A stretch of DNA of 58,687 nucleotides from an uncultured Candidatus Saccharibacteria bacterium (GCA_964592525.1 CAZQFB010000005.1:1-58687), one strand, 5' to 3'; positions 8,673 through 18,724 are shown, numbered from the stretch's first letter. Notes: generated by a model not told the origin, from the sequence alone. A program made the numbers and translations.

Positions 8673-9950
8673 TTATAAAAAGCCTTCATACTCTCTGGTA
8701 ACCATAAGAGCCTCTATCTGCCGTAAAGTGTCCAAGATCACACTCACCACAATTAACAACCCCGTACCACCAATAGACAAGGAGGCTATCCCAGTCATTT
8801 GTTGCGTGAGGGAGGGTAAGACGGCCACTAATCCTAAAAACAAACCACCTACCAAAGTAATTCTAGTAATAATGAAATTCAAATAATCTGCTGTTGCTTT
8901 TCCCGGGCGCATGCCAGGAACAAAGCCACCTCTCTTTTTTATGTCTTCCGCCATTTTGTCGGGATTGGAATAGATGGCGGTAGAAAAATAGGTAAAACCG
9001 AGGACTAAAAGGAAATATAATACATTATAGGTGATCGCATTGGGCTGAAAATGCTGCATGATAAAATTAGCTACTTTAACCAACGCCGGGTTAGAAGCTC
9101 GAGCTAAAAACTGACCTAAAAAAGAAGGCATTAGAATTAAGGAAATAGCATAAATAATAGGAATTACTCCTGCCTGATTAACTTTTAAAGGTAAATGGGT
9201 TTCCTGACCGCCATATAATCTATTTCCCCTTACCTTTCGGGCGTAACTAATAGGTATGCGACGAGCACCTTCATTAATCCGTACAATTAAATACACCACT
9301 AAAACTGCTACCACAGCAATACTAATTAACGGGAAAAGGTTTTCTGCACTAATCGTAAAGGCGGTTTGACTAAAAGTCCGTGGCAGAGAACTAACAATAC
9401 CAGCAAAAATAAGCAGTGAAACACCATTACCAATACCATATTGGGTCAGTTGATCTCCAAGCCAAAGTAAAAAGGAAGCACCCGCTACTAAAGTTACAAT
9501 TAACACTAATAAATCCAAAGTACTAAGATTGGAAACCAAACCTTGACTGGAAAATAAAAAGTACATCGCCAAAGCCTGAAAAGTAGCCAAAGGGATCGTT
9601 AAAAGACGCGTATATTGATTTATTTTTTCCCGCCCATACTCTCCTTCTTCCTTATACAGTCTTTCCAGCGCTGGTATAAAAGTCGTAAGCATTTGAATAA
9701 TAATCGAGGCAGTAATATAAGGTCCCAAACCCAAAGTCACTAATGAAAAGTTTTCCATCACTCCCCCGGAAACCACATTCAAAATACCCAGTAACTGGCT
9801 AGATTGGAAAAGCTGTCGGATTGCTGCCGGGTCGGCACCTGGCACAGGGATAGAAGCCACAAAACGAAAAATGGCAAAAATAAACAAGGTCACTAACAGT
9901 CTTTTTTTCAGTTCTGGAATAGCTAAAATATTAGAGATTGTTCGGATCAC
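8673..9950 (-). CDS. secY: preprotein translocase SecY
   Basis: LGLGPYITASII, GIGNGVSLLIFAGI, NQAGVIPIIYA, GTGLLIVVSV. Confidence 0.98.
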   Translation of the reverse strand: MIRTISNILAIPELKKRLLVTLFIFAIFRFVASIPVPGADPAAIRQLFQSSQLLGILNVVSGGVMENFSLVTLGLGPYITASIIIQMLTTFIPALERLYKEEGEYGREKINQYTRLLTIPLATFQALAMYFLFSSQGLVSNLSTLDLLVLIVTLVAGASFLLWLGDQLTQYGIGNGVSLLIFAGIVSSLPRTFSQTAFTISAENLFPLISIAVVAVLVVYLIVRINEGARRIPISYARKVRGNRLYGGQETHLPLKVNQAGVIPIIYAISLILMPSFLGQFLARASNPALVKVANFIMQHFQPNAITYNVLYFLLVLGFTYFSTAIYSNPDKMAEDIKKRGGFVPGMRPGKATADYLNFIITRITLVGGLFLGLVAVLPSLTQQMTGIASLSIGGTGLLIVVSVILDTLRQIEALMVTREYEGFL

Positions 9951-10384
9951 GCTACCGAACCCCCTGCTTGTTCAATTAATTGCTTAGCCTTAGCACTACA
10001 CTTACACCCAGAAACTTGGATCTTTTTAGAGAAGACGCCAGAAGAAGCTATCACTTTAACCCCCCGAACAGGTACAGAACTGATAACCCCAGCTTTTAAT
10101 AGCTCTTGGGGGGTGACTATCGTACCGGCGGGAAAAGAGTTAAGAGCTTCAAGTTTTACCGCAGCTGCTTTGGCTTGATATCGTCTAAAGCGAGAAAGAC
10201 GAGGTAATCTTTTTACCATAGGTACTTGACCACCCTCAAAGTAAGGGCGGATTTTGTTGCGCACCTTCTGACCTTTCGCGCCTTTACCAACAGTATGACC
10301 CCCTTTACCCGAGCCATAACCACGACCTATTCTTTTAGCTTTAGTTCGTCTCCCCGTTAAACGAGGGAGAGAGGATAATTTCAT
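9947..10384 (-). CDS. rplO: 50S ribosomal protein L15
   Basis: RIGRGYGSGKGGHTVGKGAKGQK, FEGGQVP. Confidence 0.97.
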   Translation of the reverse strand: MKLSSLPRLTGRRTKAKRIGRGYGSGKGGHTVGKGAKGQKVRNKIRPYFEGGQVPMVKRLPRLSRFRRYQAKAAAVKLEALNSFPAGTIVTPQELLKAGVISSVPVRGVKVIASSGVFSKKIQVSGCKCSAKAKQLIEQAGGSVA

Positions 10385-10869
10385 TTTTTCCCTCGCTCAA
10401 TCAATTTCATTTTTTTAAAGCCACTTACGGCTGCATGTACCGCACTAAAGGTATTTCTCGTTCCCAAATTTTTAATTGAAATATCACGGATACCTAATAA
10501 ATCTGCCAAATCCCTTAAAGCTCCTCCCGCCATAACGCCAGAACCTGCCGGAGCTGGTTTCATAATTAAATGAGCAGCCCCTTCTTGCACAATTAAACTA
10601 TGTGGAATAGAGTGTCCCGCCAAATTGATCAGCACCATATTTTTCTTTGCTTTGTGACTTCCTTTCTCAATAGCCGTACGTACATCTTTGGCTTTACCAA
10701 GTCCTAACCCAATTGAGCCTTTTTTATCACCCACAGCCACAAAGGCCGTAAAAGCTAAACTGTTACCTCCTTTGGTTTTTTTAGAGACGCGTTTTACCTG
10801 AAGCACTTTTTCCTCAATACTGGCTTCTTCGGGGTTGTTTGTTTTAATTATATTTACCTTATTAATCAT
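10381..10869 (-). CDS. rpsE: 30S ribosomal protein S5
   Basis: RVSKKTKGG, VGDKKG, KPAPAGSGVMAGG. Start moved to ATG 10869 to avoid overlap with rplR. Confidence 0.97.
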   Translation of the reverse strand: MINKVNIIKTNNPEEASIEEKVLQVKRVSKKTKGGNSLAFTAFVAVGDKKGSIGLGLGKAKDVRTAIEKGSHKAKKNMVLINLAGHSIPHSLIVQEGAAHLIMKPAPAGSGVMAGGALRDLADLLGIRDISIKNLGTRNTFSAVHAAVSGFKKMKLIERGKK

Positions 10870-10870
10870 A

Positions 10871-11224
10871 TTAATACTGCAAGCCACCTTTCCTGGCCCC
10901 ATCTGCTAAAGCTTTTACCCGACCCTGATAACGATAACCTCCCCGATCAAAAACAACCTTCGTCACTTTATTTTCCGCCCGCTCTGCCAGTAACACACCC
11001 ACCATAAAAGCACGCTCTGCTTTTGTTTTATCTTTACCGTCCGCCAAATAGCGATCGTCGGCACAGCAAATAGTAGTACCAGTGGTATCATCTATTAACT
11101 GGGCGTAAGTATACCGGTTTGAACGAAAAACACTCAAACGCGGTTTTTGCCTAGAACCTTTTACGGCAGCACGGATTCTTCTTTTAATTCGCTCTCGATT
11201 GGTTTTATATTTTTGATATTTCAT
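10871..11224 (-). CDS. rplR: 50S ribosomal protein L18
   Basis: PRLSVFRSN, VVFDRGGYRYQGRVKALA. ATG at 11224. Confidence 0.97.
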   Translation of the reverse strand: MKYQKYKTNRERIKRRIRAAVKGSRQKPRLSVFRSNRYTYAQLIDDTTGTTICCADDRYLADGKDKTKAERAFMVGVLLAERAENKVTKVVFDRGGYRYQGRVKALADGARKGGLQY

Positions 11225-11225
11225 A

Positions 11226-11777
11226 TTAAGCTTTCGCTGATTTACCGGCTCTCCGGCGTACCACTTCATTTTTATAACGTATTCCTTTACCCTTATAAGG
11301 TTCCGGTAAACGAATAGCTCTTATATCAGCTGCCACTTTACCTACTAAAGACTTATCAATACCTAGTACCGCAATCACATTTTCACGAACTTCAAACTTA
11401 ATACCTTCTGGTGCCGTAAAAACCATCGGATGACTAAAACCAAGACTAAGCTGCAATTTATCCTCACTTTGAGCTTGCACCCGATAGCCCACCCCCACTA
11501 CTTCCAATTCTTTTTTAAAGCCTTCAGAAACACCAATAATCTGATTATGTAATAAGCTTTTATACAACCCCCATTGCGCTTTAAGCATTTTCTCTTCTTT
11601 AGGCAACCCCGCTTTAGGTAACACTTTAACTGTATTATCAGTGACCTCAAGCTCAAAATTATGGGGTAAGGTTCCTGGTAAATCACCTTTGGGGCCACTC
11701 ACTACATAAGAGTTACCAGAGGGTACAATTTTCACTGACGTCGGCAAACTGATTAATTCTTTTCCTACTCTGGACAT
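11226..11777 (-). CDS. rplF: 50S ribosomal protein L6
   Basis: MSRVGK, GVGYR, LGFSHP, PEPYKGKGIRY. Confidence 0.98.
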   Translation of the reverse strand: MSRVGKELISLPTSVKIVPSGNSYVVSGPKGDLPGTLPHNFELEVTDNTVKVLPKAGLPKEEKMLKAQWGLYKSLLHNQIIGVSEGFKKELEVVGVGYRVQAQSEDKLQLSLGFSHPMVFTAPEGIKFEVRENVIAVLGIDKSLVGKVAADIRAIRLPEPYKGKGIRYKNEVVRRRAGKSAKA

Positions 11778-11783
11778 AGCTTA

Positions 11784-12179
11784 TTACCATATTTCAAATA
11801 AAACCTCGCCCCCTAAATTTTTCATCTTTGCTTCTCTGGCAGTCATTAACCCACGAGAAGTACTTACCACACGAAGACCTAATCCGTTATAAACATCTTT
11901 CATTTCTGTTTTGCGAAGATAAATCCGCTGTCCGGGTTTACTAATCCGACAAATATTAGAGATCCTGGCAGCACCAGCGGAATCATAAATTAAATCAAGA
12001 GCTAAATATTTAAACTTACTACCCTGTACCTTAAAAGTACGAACCTCCTTAAGGTAATTATTATCTTTCAACAACTCGGCTATACAGAGATTGAGCGACG
12101 AATGAGGTATCACAACGCTATCCTTGTTAACCGCCGTAGCATTTTTGATCATACTAAGCATATTGGCAACAGTATCCAT
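11784..12179 (-). CDS. rpsH: 30S ribosomal protein S8
   Basis: DTVANMLSMIKNA, ISKPGQRIY, VSTSRGLMT, GGEVL. ATG at 12179 preferred to TTG at 12191. Confidence 0.97.
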   Translation of the reverse strand: MDTVANMLSMIKNATAVNKDSVVIPHSSLNLCIAELLKDNNYLKEVRTFKVQGSKFKYLALDLIYDSAGAARISNICRISKPGQRIYLRKTEMKDVYNGLGLRVVSTSRGLMTAREAKMKNLGGEVLFEIW

Positions 12180-12184
12180 AGCAC

Positions 12185-12370
12185 TCACCAACTAGCCTTT
12201 CTGACCCCAGGAATTAAGCCTTTAAGGGACAGCTCTCGGAAGCAAATCCGGCACATACCGAATTTACGAAGGTATGAACGTGAACGACCACAAAGACAAC
12301 AGCGGTTGTAATACCGCACTGGGTATTTTGGTTTTCTTTTCTGTTTTTCTACTAAAGCTTTTTTAGCCAT
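12185..12370 (-). CDS. rpsN: 30S ribosomal protein S14 type Z
   Basis: [31 protein letters not shown]. Confidence 0.98.
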   Translation of the reverse strand: MAKKALVEKQKRKPKYPVRYYNRCCLCGRSRSYLRKFGMCRICFRELSLKGLIPGVRKASW

Positions 12371-12914
12371 TAATGTTTTCCTTTACAAAAGGCATACCTA
12401 GTTTTTTAAGCAGCAAAAAGGCTTCTTGGTCCTTCACTTTAGCTGTTGTTACTAAAGTCACTTCCAAACTCTTACTTCTTTTCATTTTATTGGGGTCTAT
12501 TTCAGGAAAAACCTGATGTTCTTCAAGACCCATACTGTAATTTCCATGACCATCAAACGATTCTACACTAACGCCACGAAAATCCCTAACCCGAGGCAAG
12601 GCTACTTTAATCAACCGGTCTAAAAAATCCCACATCCTTGTTCCTCGCAAAGTCACTTGAAGACCAATAGTATCACCTTTTCTTAGTTTAAAACCAGATT
12701 CAGCTTTCCGCGCTTTATTAAAAACTGGCGCCTGCCCCGTAATACTTTGTAGTTCCGTAAACGCTTCAGCTAAAAAATCTTTATCTTCTTTGTGATTACC
12801 AACCCCCATACTTACCACAATCTTACTTAATTTAGGCACACTTAAACGGTTTTTAGCCTTAAGCTCAACCAGCAACTCGGAGATCACCTTATTTTCGTAT
12901 ACTTCCTTTAACAT
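12363..12914 (-). CDS. rplE: 50S ribosomal protein L5
   Basis: [35 protein letters not shown] at 12914. Confidence 0.98.
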   Translation of the reverse strand: MLKEVYENKVISELLVELKAKNRLSVPKLSKIVVSMGVGNHKEDKDFLAEAFTELQSITGQAPVFNKARKAESGFKLRKGDTIGLQVTLRGTRMWDFLDRLIKVALPRVRDFRGVSVESFDGHGNYSMGLEEHQVFPEIDPNKMKRSKSLEVTLVTTAKVKDQEAFLLLKKLGMPFVKENING

Positions 12915-12915
12915 C

Positions 12916-13242
12916 TTATTTCTTCTCCCGAACAGGGTAAGGCAAAACTTCGCCACTAATTTTACAAATTCTTAACTTCTCACCTTCCAAAAGCTTATAA
13001 CCAAGACGAGTAGTTTTTTTGGTTTTGGGACACAGAGCCATAACATTACTTACAGACAAAGGTCTAGATACTTCTACTATTTCGCCAGACTGCTTACCTT
13101 TTGCCTTTTGGTGTTTTTTATAAACATTCACACCTTCAATCACAATTTTATTGGCCTTAGGTAACACCCGAGTAATAATTCCCTCCCGGCCTTTATCTTT
13201 TCCTTTAATAATTTTTACTTTGTCACCTTTGACCAGTTTCAT
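12916..13242 (-). CDS. rplX: 50S ribosomal protein L24
   Basis: KGDKVKIIKGKDKG KOW motif, SNVM. Confidence 0.97.
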   Translation of the reverse strand: MKLVKGDKVKIIKGKDKGREGIITRVLPKANKIVIEGVNVYKKHQKAKGKQSGEIVEVSRPLSVSNVMALCPKTKKTTRLGYKLLEGEKLRICKISGEVLPYPVREKK

Positions 13243-13246
13243 GTTG

Positions 13247-13615
13247 TCACCATACTTCCTGGGCCATATTCACAATTTTAGTAAAACCCGAATCTCTTAA
13301 TTCACGAGCTACAGGACCAAAAATTCTAGTGGCTTTTGGTTTATTATCCTTATCAATTACCACCGCTGCATTATCATCAAAGCGAATATAAGACCCATCT
13401 TTACGCCTTTTTTCTTTACGGGTTCTAACAATAACCGCTTTCACAATCTGGTGATCTTCAACAACGCCAGTCGCAGAAGCACCACTAACAGAACAGGTTA
13501 CTATATCTCCCAAACCCACAAAGCGCTTTTTTGAAAATCCCGGTAAATTAAATACCTTCAGCAACTTCGCTCCCGAATTATCAGCTACCACTAATCTAGA
13601 ACCAGGTTGAATCAT
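13247..13615 (-). CDS. rplN: 50S ribosomal protein L14
   Basis: [27 protein letters not shown]. Confidence 0.98.
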   Translation of the reverse strand: MIQPGSRLVVADNSGAKLLKVFNLPGFSKKRFVGLGDIVTCSVSGASATGVVEDHQIVKAVIVRTRKEKRRKDGSYIRFDDNAAVVIDKDNKPKATRIFGPVARELRDSGFTKIVNMAQEVW

Positions 13616-13854
13616 TTGTTACCCCTTGTTGTAACTGTTTCTATAACAAACTTTTTTCTTTTGCTGCGGGGGGGAGACTCAACAATCCCAACACCATCAC
13701 CAACAGCAACTCCCAGATCATCGTGAACCAGATATTTTTTACTAGTCCGAAGCACTTTTTTATAAATAGGATGAGTAAATATCCTTTTCACTAAAACGAC
13801 TGCTGTTTTATGACTAACCCTAATTACTTGCCCCTCAAATTTTTTCTTTGGCAT
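13612..13854 (-). CDS. rpsQ: 30S ribosomal protein S17
   Basis: [28 protein letters not shown]. Confidence 0.95.
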   Translation of the reverse strand: MPKKKFEGQVIRVSHKTAVVLVKRIFTHPIYKKVLRTSKKYLVHDDLGVAVGDGVGIVESPPRSKRKKFVIETVTTRGNK

Positions 13855-14047
13855 CTTTGTTAAGCTCCTTTTCCTTAATGATCGTCAAGACTCGCGCAAG
13901 TTCTTTCTTAGTTTGCCTGATTTGGGCATAAGAGTTGGCATCCCCTTGTTTAGCTTTTATCCTCTCCTGCCCAAGCAACTCCCTTACCCCAGTTAATTTT
14001 TTAGTTAATTCCTCTAAAGTTAAGGCTCTCATTTCAGGCAGGTTCAT
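13835..14047 (-). CDS. rpmC: 50S ribosomal protein L29
   Basis: IRQTKKELARVLTII, and synteny. Confidence 0.93.
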   Translation of the reverse strand: MNLPEMRALTLEELTKKLTGVRELLGQERIKAKQGDANSYAQIRQTKKELARVLTIIKEKELNKDAKEKI

Positions 14048-14466
14048 TAGTCAGTACCTCCGGCTTGACTAAATTTGGTCGCAATCGGTAGCTTATGGGC
14101 AGCCAGCTCAAAAGCTCTTTCTGCCTCTGCTTGCGTGACCCCACTAAGCTCAAAAAGCACCCTACCTGGTTTAATCACAGCTACATAATGATCAACCGCC
14201 CCTTTACCCCGACCCATTCTAACCTCGTTAGGTTTTTTAGTAATCGGCTTATCCGGAAAAATTCTAATCCATAAACGACCATTTCTATTAAGGTGGTGCA
14301 CAATGGCCTTTCGCGCTGCTTCAATCTGTCTAGAAGTTAAAGAGGTTCTAGCTGCTGCTTTTAGAGCATAATCACCAAAAGAGACTTCTGAACCACGGTA
14401 GGACATACCTGGGTTTTTACCCTTAAATGTTCTTCGGTATTTTGATTTCTTAGGTACTAATAACAT
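14047..14466 (-). CDS. rplP: 50S ribosomal protein L16
   Basis: [27 protein letters not shown]. Confidence 0.98.
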   Translation of the reverse strand: MLLVPKKSKYRRTFKGKNPGMSYRGSEVSFGDYALKAAARTSLTSRQIEAARKAIVHHLNRNGRLWIRIFPDKPITKKPNEVRMGRGKGAVDHYVAVIKPGRVLFELSGVTQAEAERAFELAAHKLPIATKFSQAGGTD

Positions 14467-14468
14467 CA

Positions 14469-15095
14469 CTAATCCTTATTTTCGCCACGGTATATCCAAA
14501 CTTTAATACCAACCGTGCCTTTTTTGGTATTAGCCGTAGCTAAAGCATAATCAATCTTAGAACGTATACTCTGTAAGGGCACCGAACCTAAAGAGAGCAT
14601 TTCACTGCGGGCTATTTTGGTACCCCCTATTAAACCCTTACACATAATTTTTACCCCCTTAGCGCCTTTAAGCATCACTTTTTCTGCGTTAAATTTCATA
14701 ACCCGGCGAAAAGGACGCCGACTCTCCAACTGATATTTAATATTTTGTGCCACCAGCTCAGCCGAAAGATCAGGTTCTTTAACCTCCAATACTTCCACTT
14801 CTGGTTTTAAACCTAATAACAACGCCAACTCTTCCCGTAACAATTCAATACCAGCACCACCCCTACCAATCACTACCCCAGGTCTAGACACAGACACAAT
14901 TATCTTAAGATCATTAAAGGAACGTTCAATATTAATCCGCTCTAACCCAGCACGGGCTAATTTGTTAGTAATCAACTCCCGCACCCGATAATCTTCAAGC
15001 ACTTTTTCTTTAAAGTTCTTATCGGCGTACCAGGTTGATAACCAATCCCGGTTAATACCTAGCCTAAAACCAATTGGATGTGTTTTTTGCCCCAT
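14469..15095 (-). CDS. rpsC: 30S ribosomal protein S3
   Basis: [29 protein letters not shown]. Confidence 0.98.
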   Translation of the reverse strand: MGQKTHPIGFRLGINRDWLSTWYADKNFKEKVLEDYRVRELITNKLARAGLERINIERSFNDLKIIVSVSRPGVVIGRGGAGIELLREELALLLGLKPEVEVLEVKEPDLSAELVAQNIKYQLESRRPFRRVMKFNAEKVMLKGAKGVKIMCKGLIGGTKIARSEMLSLGSVPLQSIRSKIDYALATANTKKGTVGIKVWIYRGENKD

Positions 15096-15565
15096 TATAG
15101 TTTCTCTTTTTTATGCTCAATTAATTTTTTGTTTTTCCCTTTAGTTAAAGGTTTCCTTCTCGTCAACTGGGCAGTGGGCTTCTTTGTACCAGAATCATCA
15201 GGTACCGTCAATGACGCCTTTGGCGACACTTCTCGCTCACCTAGCCAGACAGTCATATGCGTCAATCGTTTACGAATTCGGTGTGCCCGACCCCGCGAAA
15301 CAAACCTAACCCTTCTTAAAGTGGGACCCTCATCCACAAGAACACGTGCGACATAAAGCGAAGCTATGTTTTTACCAGAATTATTTGTAGCATTAGCAAT
15401 AGCTGTATCTAAAACCTTAGCTAACAAGCTACCTGCTTTTTTATCGCTAAATTTGAGTCTTAAACGAGCTTCCTCAACCGGTAGACCTCTTATTAAATCA
15501 GCCACCAACCGTGCTTTACGCGCTGAAATTCGAATAAATTTGGCCGTTGCTTTAATTTCCATCAT
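15095..15565 (-). CDS. rplV: 50S ribosomal protein L22 with basic C-terminal extension
   Basis: [25 protein letters not shown]. Confidence 0.97.
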   Translation of the reverse strand: MMEIKATAKFIRISARKARLVADLIRGLPVEEARLRLKFSDKKAGSLLAKVLDTAIANATNNSGKNIASLYVARVLVDEGPTLRRVRFVSRGRAHRIRKRLTHMTVWLGEREVSPKASLTVPDDSGTKKPTAQLTRRKPLTKGKNKKLIEHKKEKL

Positions 15566-15855
15566 ACCCTCCCTGCAGACACATTAACCCTGACCCCTTT
15601 TCGGGTATGCATACGAAAAATCCTAGTAGGTGCAAATTCGCCCAGTTTATGACCAACCATGGCTTCAGTAATGAAAATTGGCAGATGCGTTCGACCATTG
15701 TGCACCGCAATAGTTAAGCCCACAAAATCGGGACTGACAGTCGAAGCTCTGGACCATGTCTTAATAGTCTGACGAGAACCTGTCTCTTTAGCCTGTTTTA
15801 CTTTATGCAACAATTTAGGGTCAACAAAAGCACCTTTTTTTGAGGATCTGCTCAT
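15562..15855 (-). CDS. rpsS: 30S ribosomal protein S19
   Basis: [25 protein letters not shown]. Confidence 0.98.
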   Translation of the reverse strand: MSRSSKKGAFVDPKLLHKVKQAKETGSRQTIKTWSRASTVSPDFVGLTIAVHNGRTHLPIFITEAMVGHKLGEFAPTRIFRMHTRKGVRVNVSAGRV

Positions 15856-15858
15856 GAT

Positions 15859-16686
15859 TTATTTTTCCCTTCTTCCTTTGATAATATATTTATTAGTATT
15901 TTTCCGACGACGGGTTTTCTTGCCTAAAGTTGGTTTGCCCCATGGAGTTCTAGGAGAAGGCATCCCCACACCAGCTCGAGCTTCACCACCACCATGGGGA
16001 TGGGCAGCTGGATACATCGCCACACCCCTAACCTTAGGTCTTCGACCCATCTTACGAGAACGCCCGGCTTTACCCAACTTAATGTTTTTCCAATCCATAT
16101 TACTCAACTGACCCAGCGTAGCCCGACAGGCACTTAACACCAATCTTCTTTCACCAGAAGGCATTTTAAGCTGAACATGTTTGTCATCCTTACTAACTAC
16201 TGTCGCAAAAGAACCGGCACTTCTTGCTAACTGACCACCGCGACCAGGATACAATTCAATGTTATGCACTTTTGAACCCGTTGGCATATTACCTAACTTC
16301 ATCGCATTCCCAACTGCTAACACTGTTCTCTCGCCCGAGATAACCTCATCCCCCACCTTTAATCCTTCCGGCGCAAGAATATAACGTTTCTCCCCATCTT
16401 GGTAATTTAACAGAGCAATATCAGTGGTACGGTAGGGATCATACTCAATAGCAGCAACCACCGCCTTGAGAGCAAGCTTATCCCTTTTAAAATCAATTTT
16501 ACGGTAACACCTTTTAGCACCACCCCCCCGTCTTCTCACAGAAATTACTCCCCGGGAACGACCACTTCTTTTCTCTCCTTTACAGATTAAACTATTTACG
16601 GTTGGTTTTTTCTGTGTTACCGATCTGCGCAAATCAGTTCGAAATCTCTTACCAGGAGTGCTGGGTTGGTGTCTTTTAATCGCCAT
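15859..16686 (-). CDS. rplB: 50S ribosomal protein L2
   Basis: [30 protein letters not shown]. Confidence 0.98.
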   Translation of the reverse strand: MAIKRHQPSTPGKRFRTDLRRSVTQKKPTVNSLICKGEKRSGRSRGVISVRRRGGGAKRCYRKIDFKRDKLALKAVVAAIEYDPYRTTDIALLNYQDGEKRYILAPEGLKVGDEVISGERTVLAVGNAMKLGNMPTGSKVHNIELYPGRGGQLARSAGSFATVVSKDDKHVQLKMPSGERRLVLSACRATLGQLSNMDWKNIKLGKAGRSRKMGRRPKVRGVAMYPAAHPHGGGEARAGVGMPSPRTPWGKPTLGKKTRRRKNTNKYIIKGRREK

Positions 16687-16970
16687 TATTTATCCCCCCC
16701 AATAGAAATACTTTCTCCTTTAGCTAATTGAACATAAGCTTTCTTCCAATCATCTAAGCGGGCATAGCGTCGGGTTCCAGAAACCCGACGTTGTTTACCA
16801 AGCAGACAAATAGTACGTACCGAAGATACTTTCGTGTGGTATGTTTTTTCTACTTCTTGAGCAATTTGTTGTTTGGAGGCTGAAACCGAAACAGCAAAAA
16901 CGTACACACCTTTACCTTCAACTGAAGCGCTTTTTTCACTTATTAATGGTTTAACTAAAATTCTTTTCAT
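16686..16970 (-). CDS. rplW: 50S ribosomal protein L23
   Basis: [25 protein letters not shown]. Confidence 0.96.
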   Translation of the reverse strand: MKRILVKPLISEKSASVEGKGVYVFAVSVSASKQQIAQEVEKTYHTKVSSVRTICLLGKQRRVSGTRRYARLDDWKKAYVQLAKGESISIGGDK

Positions 16971-17830
16971 AATTTACGTAAACAATCTAAAATCTCGTCA
17001 ACACTCGTTTTACCTAAGCCTTTAATAGCTAGTAATTCTTCGGGGGAAAGTAACCGCAATTCTTCAATATCGACCAATCCTGCTTTAGATAAAGCATTTA
17101 ACGACCGCGTAGACAAACCTAAAGAATCTAATAGCAGAGCACCAGCTGAAACTCCTGGGGTAGTCTTTTTAACCTTATCTTTATCGGGAGTGCCCCTCAT
17201 ACCAGTTTTGACCATCAAGCGCTGTTGGAGGGGCAACAGTGCTTCGGCACTTAGCAGAATATTATCATGCTGCATGATTAAAAAAGGGTTTAGTACCCTT
17301 TCTGGTACGATATTAACCAGGGGAAGATTTCGGACAGACAAAACTAAATCGGGTAAAGGTTCTTTAATAATAATTAAAGTTGAGCCCTTAAGTTCAGCTT
17401 TATCAATAAATTGCTGCATCAGCTTGACACTCTTATTTGTTTCAGGCACAGTTTGTAGCACCTTTAAATGGTTTTCGCTGACTCTTAGAGATAAAGAGTT
17501 TCGCAACGCAGCGCTAGTCATCTTTTTAGTCATTTTTAAAGCTTTAAAGTCACCTCTTGGACCATGTGTCACACCACCCCCAACCCATAATGGAGAACGG
17601 ATCGAGCCATGACGAGCGCGCCCTGACCCTTTCTGGCGCCACGGTTTTTTTCCGCCACCACGAACTTCAGCTCTCGTTTTAATAAACCCTCTGGCTTGTC
17701 TCCTTTTAGATAAAGCTACCCGTACCGCTTGGGTAAGTAATCCAAAATTGGGCGCTAAACCAAAAATGTTTTCCGGCACTTCCACTTGACTAACCAGCTG
17801 ACCTTGATTGTTGATGACATCAATTTTCAT
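16967..17830 (-). CDS. rplD: 50S ribosomal protein L4 fused to a C-terminal RNA polymerase alpha-CTD-like (HhH) domain, 287 aa
   Basis: L4 core KTRAEVRGGGKKPWRQKGSGRARHGS. A K/T/P-rich linker leads to LDSLGLSTRSLNALSKAG...SPEELLAIKGLGKTSVDEI. Start at ATG 17830. Confidence 0.96.
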   Translation of the reverse strand: MKIDVINNQGQLVSQVEVPENIFGLAPNFGLLTQAVRVALSKRRQARGFIKTRAEVRGGGKKPWRQKGSGRARHGSIRSPLWVGGGVTHGPRGDFKALKMTKKMTSAALRNSLSLRVSENHLKVLQTVPETNKSVKLMQQFIDKAELKGSTLIIIKEPLPDLVLSVRNLPLVNIVPERVLNPFLIMQHDNILLSAEALLPLQQRLMVKTGMRGTPDKDKVKKTTPGVSAGALLLDSLGLSTRSLNALSKAGLVDIEELRLLSPEELLAIKGLGKTSVDEILDCLRKL

Positions 17831-18281
17831 TAGCTTTGCCTTGTTGGTTATCAACTCCAATAAACACTTGAGTGCCCTTAGAACCAGGAATAGGACCCGA
17901 CACATAAAGATATGAATCTTCTTTTTGTAACTTAATCACTTTTACGCCCTTTCGGGTTTGGTATTGACCACCAAAGCGACCGGGCATTTTTTTCCCCTTG
18001 TAAACCCTCCCTGGAGTAGTGGTGCTACCAATCGAGCCGGGTTTCCTGTTCCAACCCGAACCATGAGTTGCTGGCCCTCCTGCAAATCCCCAACGTTTCA
18101 TCACTCCGGTAAACCCTCTCCCTTTAACCTTAGCTCTCAAACTTAAGCTGTCTCCGACGTTAAAAAGAGACAGGTCGTCTGTTTTCAACTGCACCACAGT
18201 GACTGGAATAACCACTCCTTCAGGAGAAAAAACCTGCGTCATAAAAATTTTTTTACCGATTAGCCAATTGTTTTTGTCCAT
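17820..18281 (-). CDS. rplC: 50S ribosomal protein L3, internally shortened (153 aa)
   Basis: IGKKIFMTQVF, KGRGFTGVMKRWGF, PGSIGS, PGRVYKGKKMPGR. ATG 18281 with AAAGGA RBS. Confidence 0.95.
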   Translation of the reverse strand: MDKNNWLIGKKIFMTQVFSPEGVVIPVTVVQLKTDDLSLFNVGDSLSLRAKVKGRGFTGVMKRWGFAGGPATHGSGWNRKPGSIGSTTTPGRVYKGKKMPGRFGGQYQTRKGVKVIKLQKEDSYLYVSGPIPGSKGTQVFIGVDNQQGKANEN

Positions 18282-18297
18282 TTTTCCTTTACTTACC

Positions 18298-18320
18298 AAA
18301 AAAGCGCCAAAACTGGCGCT
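18298..18320 (-). terminator. intrinsic terminator-like hairpin between rpsJ and rplC
   Basis: Minus strand reads AGCGCCA-GTTT-TGGCGCT-TTTTT: a 7-bp stem with a U tract. Confidence 0.6.
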
Positions 18321-18412
18321 AAAGACGACACCTAGTTTTGCCTTACGTTTTAAATACAACGTACATTGCTTTGCTTTTCATGCTGCTTCTTATTAATCAG
18401 CTGCTTAGACCA

Positions 18413-18724
18413 TTACATTTTAATCTCAATACCAACTCCAGCTGGTAAGGTCAGATGACCTAAATCATCCATAGTTTTGGCGGTCGGTTCCAAAATATCT
18501 ATCAGTCTCTTGTGGGTACGTATCTCAAACTGTTCTCGAGATCTTTTATCCACATGAGGACCACGGATCACGGTAAACCTTTCCACTCTAGTTGGCAGCG
18601 GAACAGGACCTGATACCTTAGCCCCAGTTCTTAAAGCAGTCTCAATTATTTTTTCGGCGCTTTGATCAATCACACGAGTATCGTATGATTTTAGCCGGAC
18701 TCTTATCCTGCCACCTTTAGCCAT
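18413..18724 (-). CDS. rpsJ: 30S ribosomal protein S10
   Basis: [31 protein letters not shown]. Confidence 0.99.
   Translation of the reverse strand: MAKGGRIRVRLKSYDTRVIDQSAEKIIETALRTGAKVSGPVPLPTRVERFTVIRGPHVDKRSREQFEIRTHKRLIDILEPTAKTMDDLGHLTLPAGVGIEIKM

Noticed and set aside
16967-18359. Longer ORF-track starts for rplD, rplC (also rpsE, rplR, rplE, rpsH, rnhA, rpmH, virB4)
   Set aside because: The extensions overlap upstream genes or regulatory DNA. Downstream ATGs match family N-termini and RBS positions.
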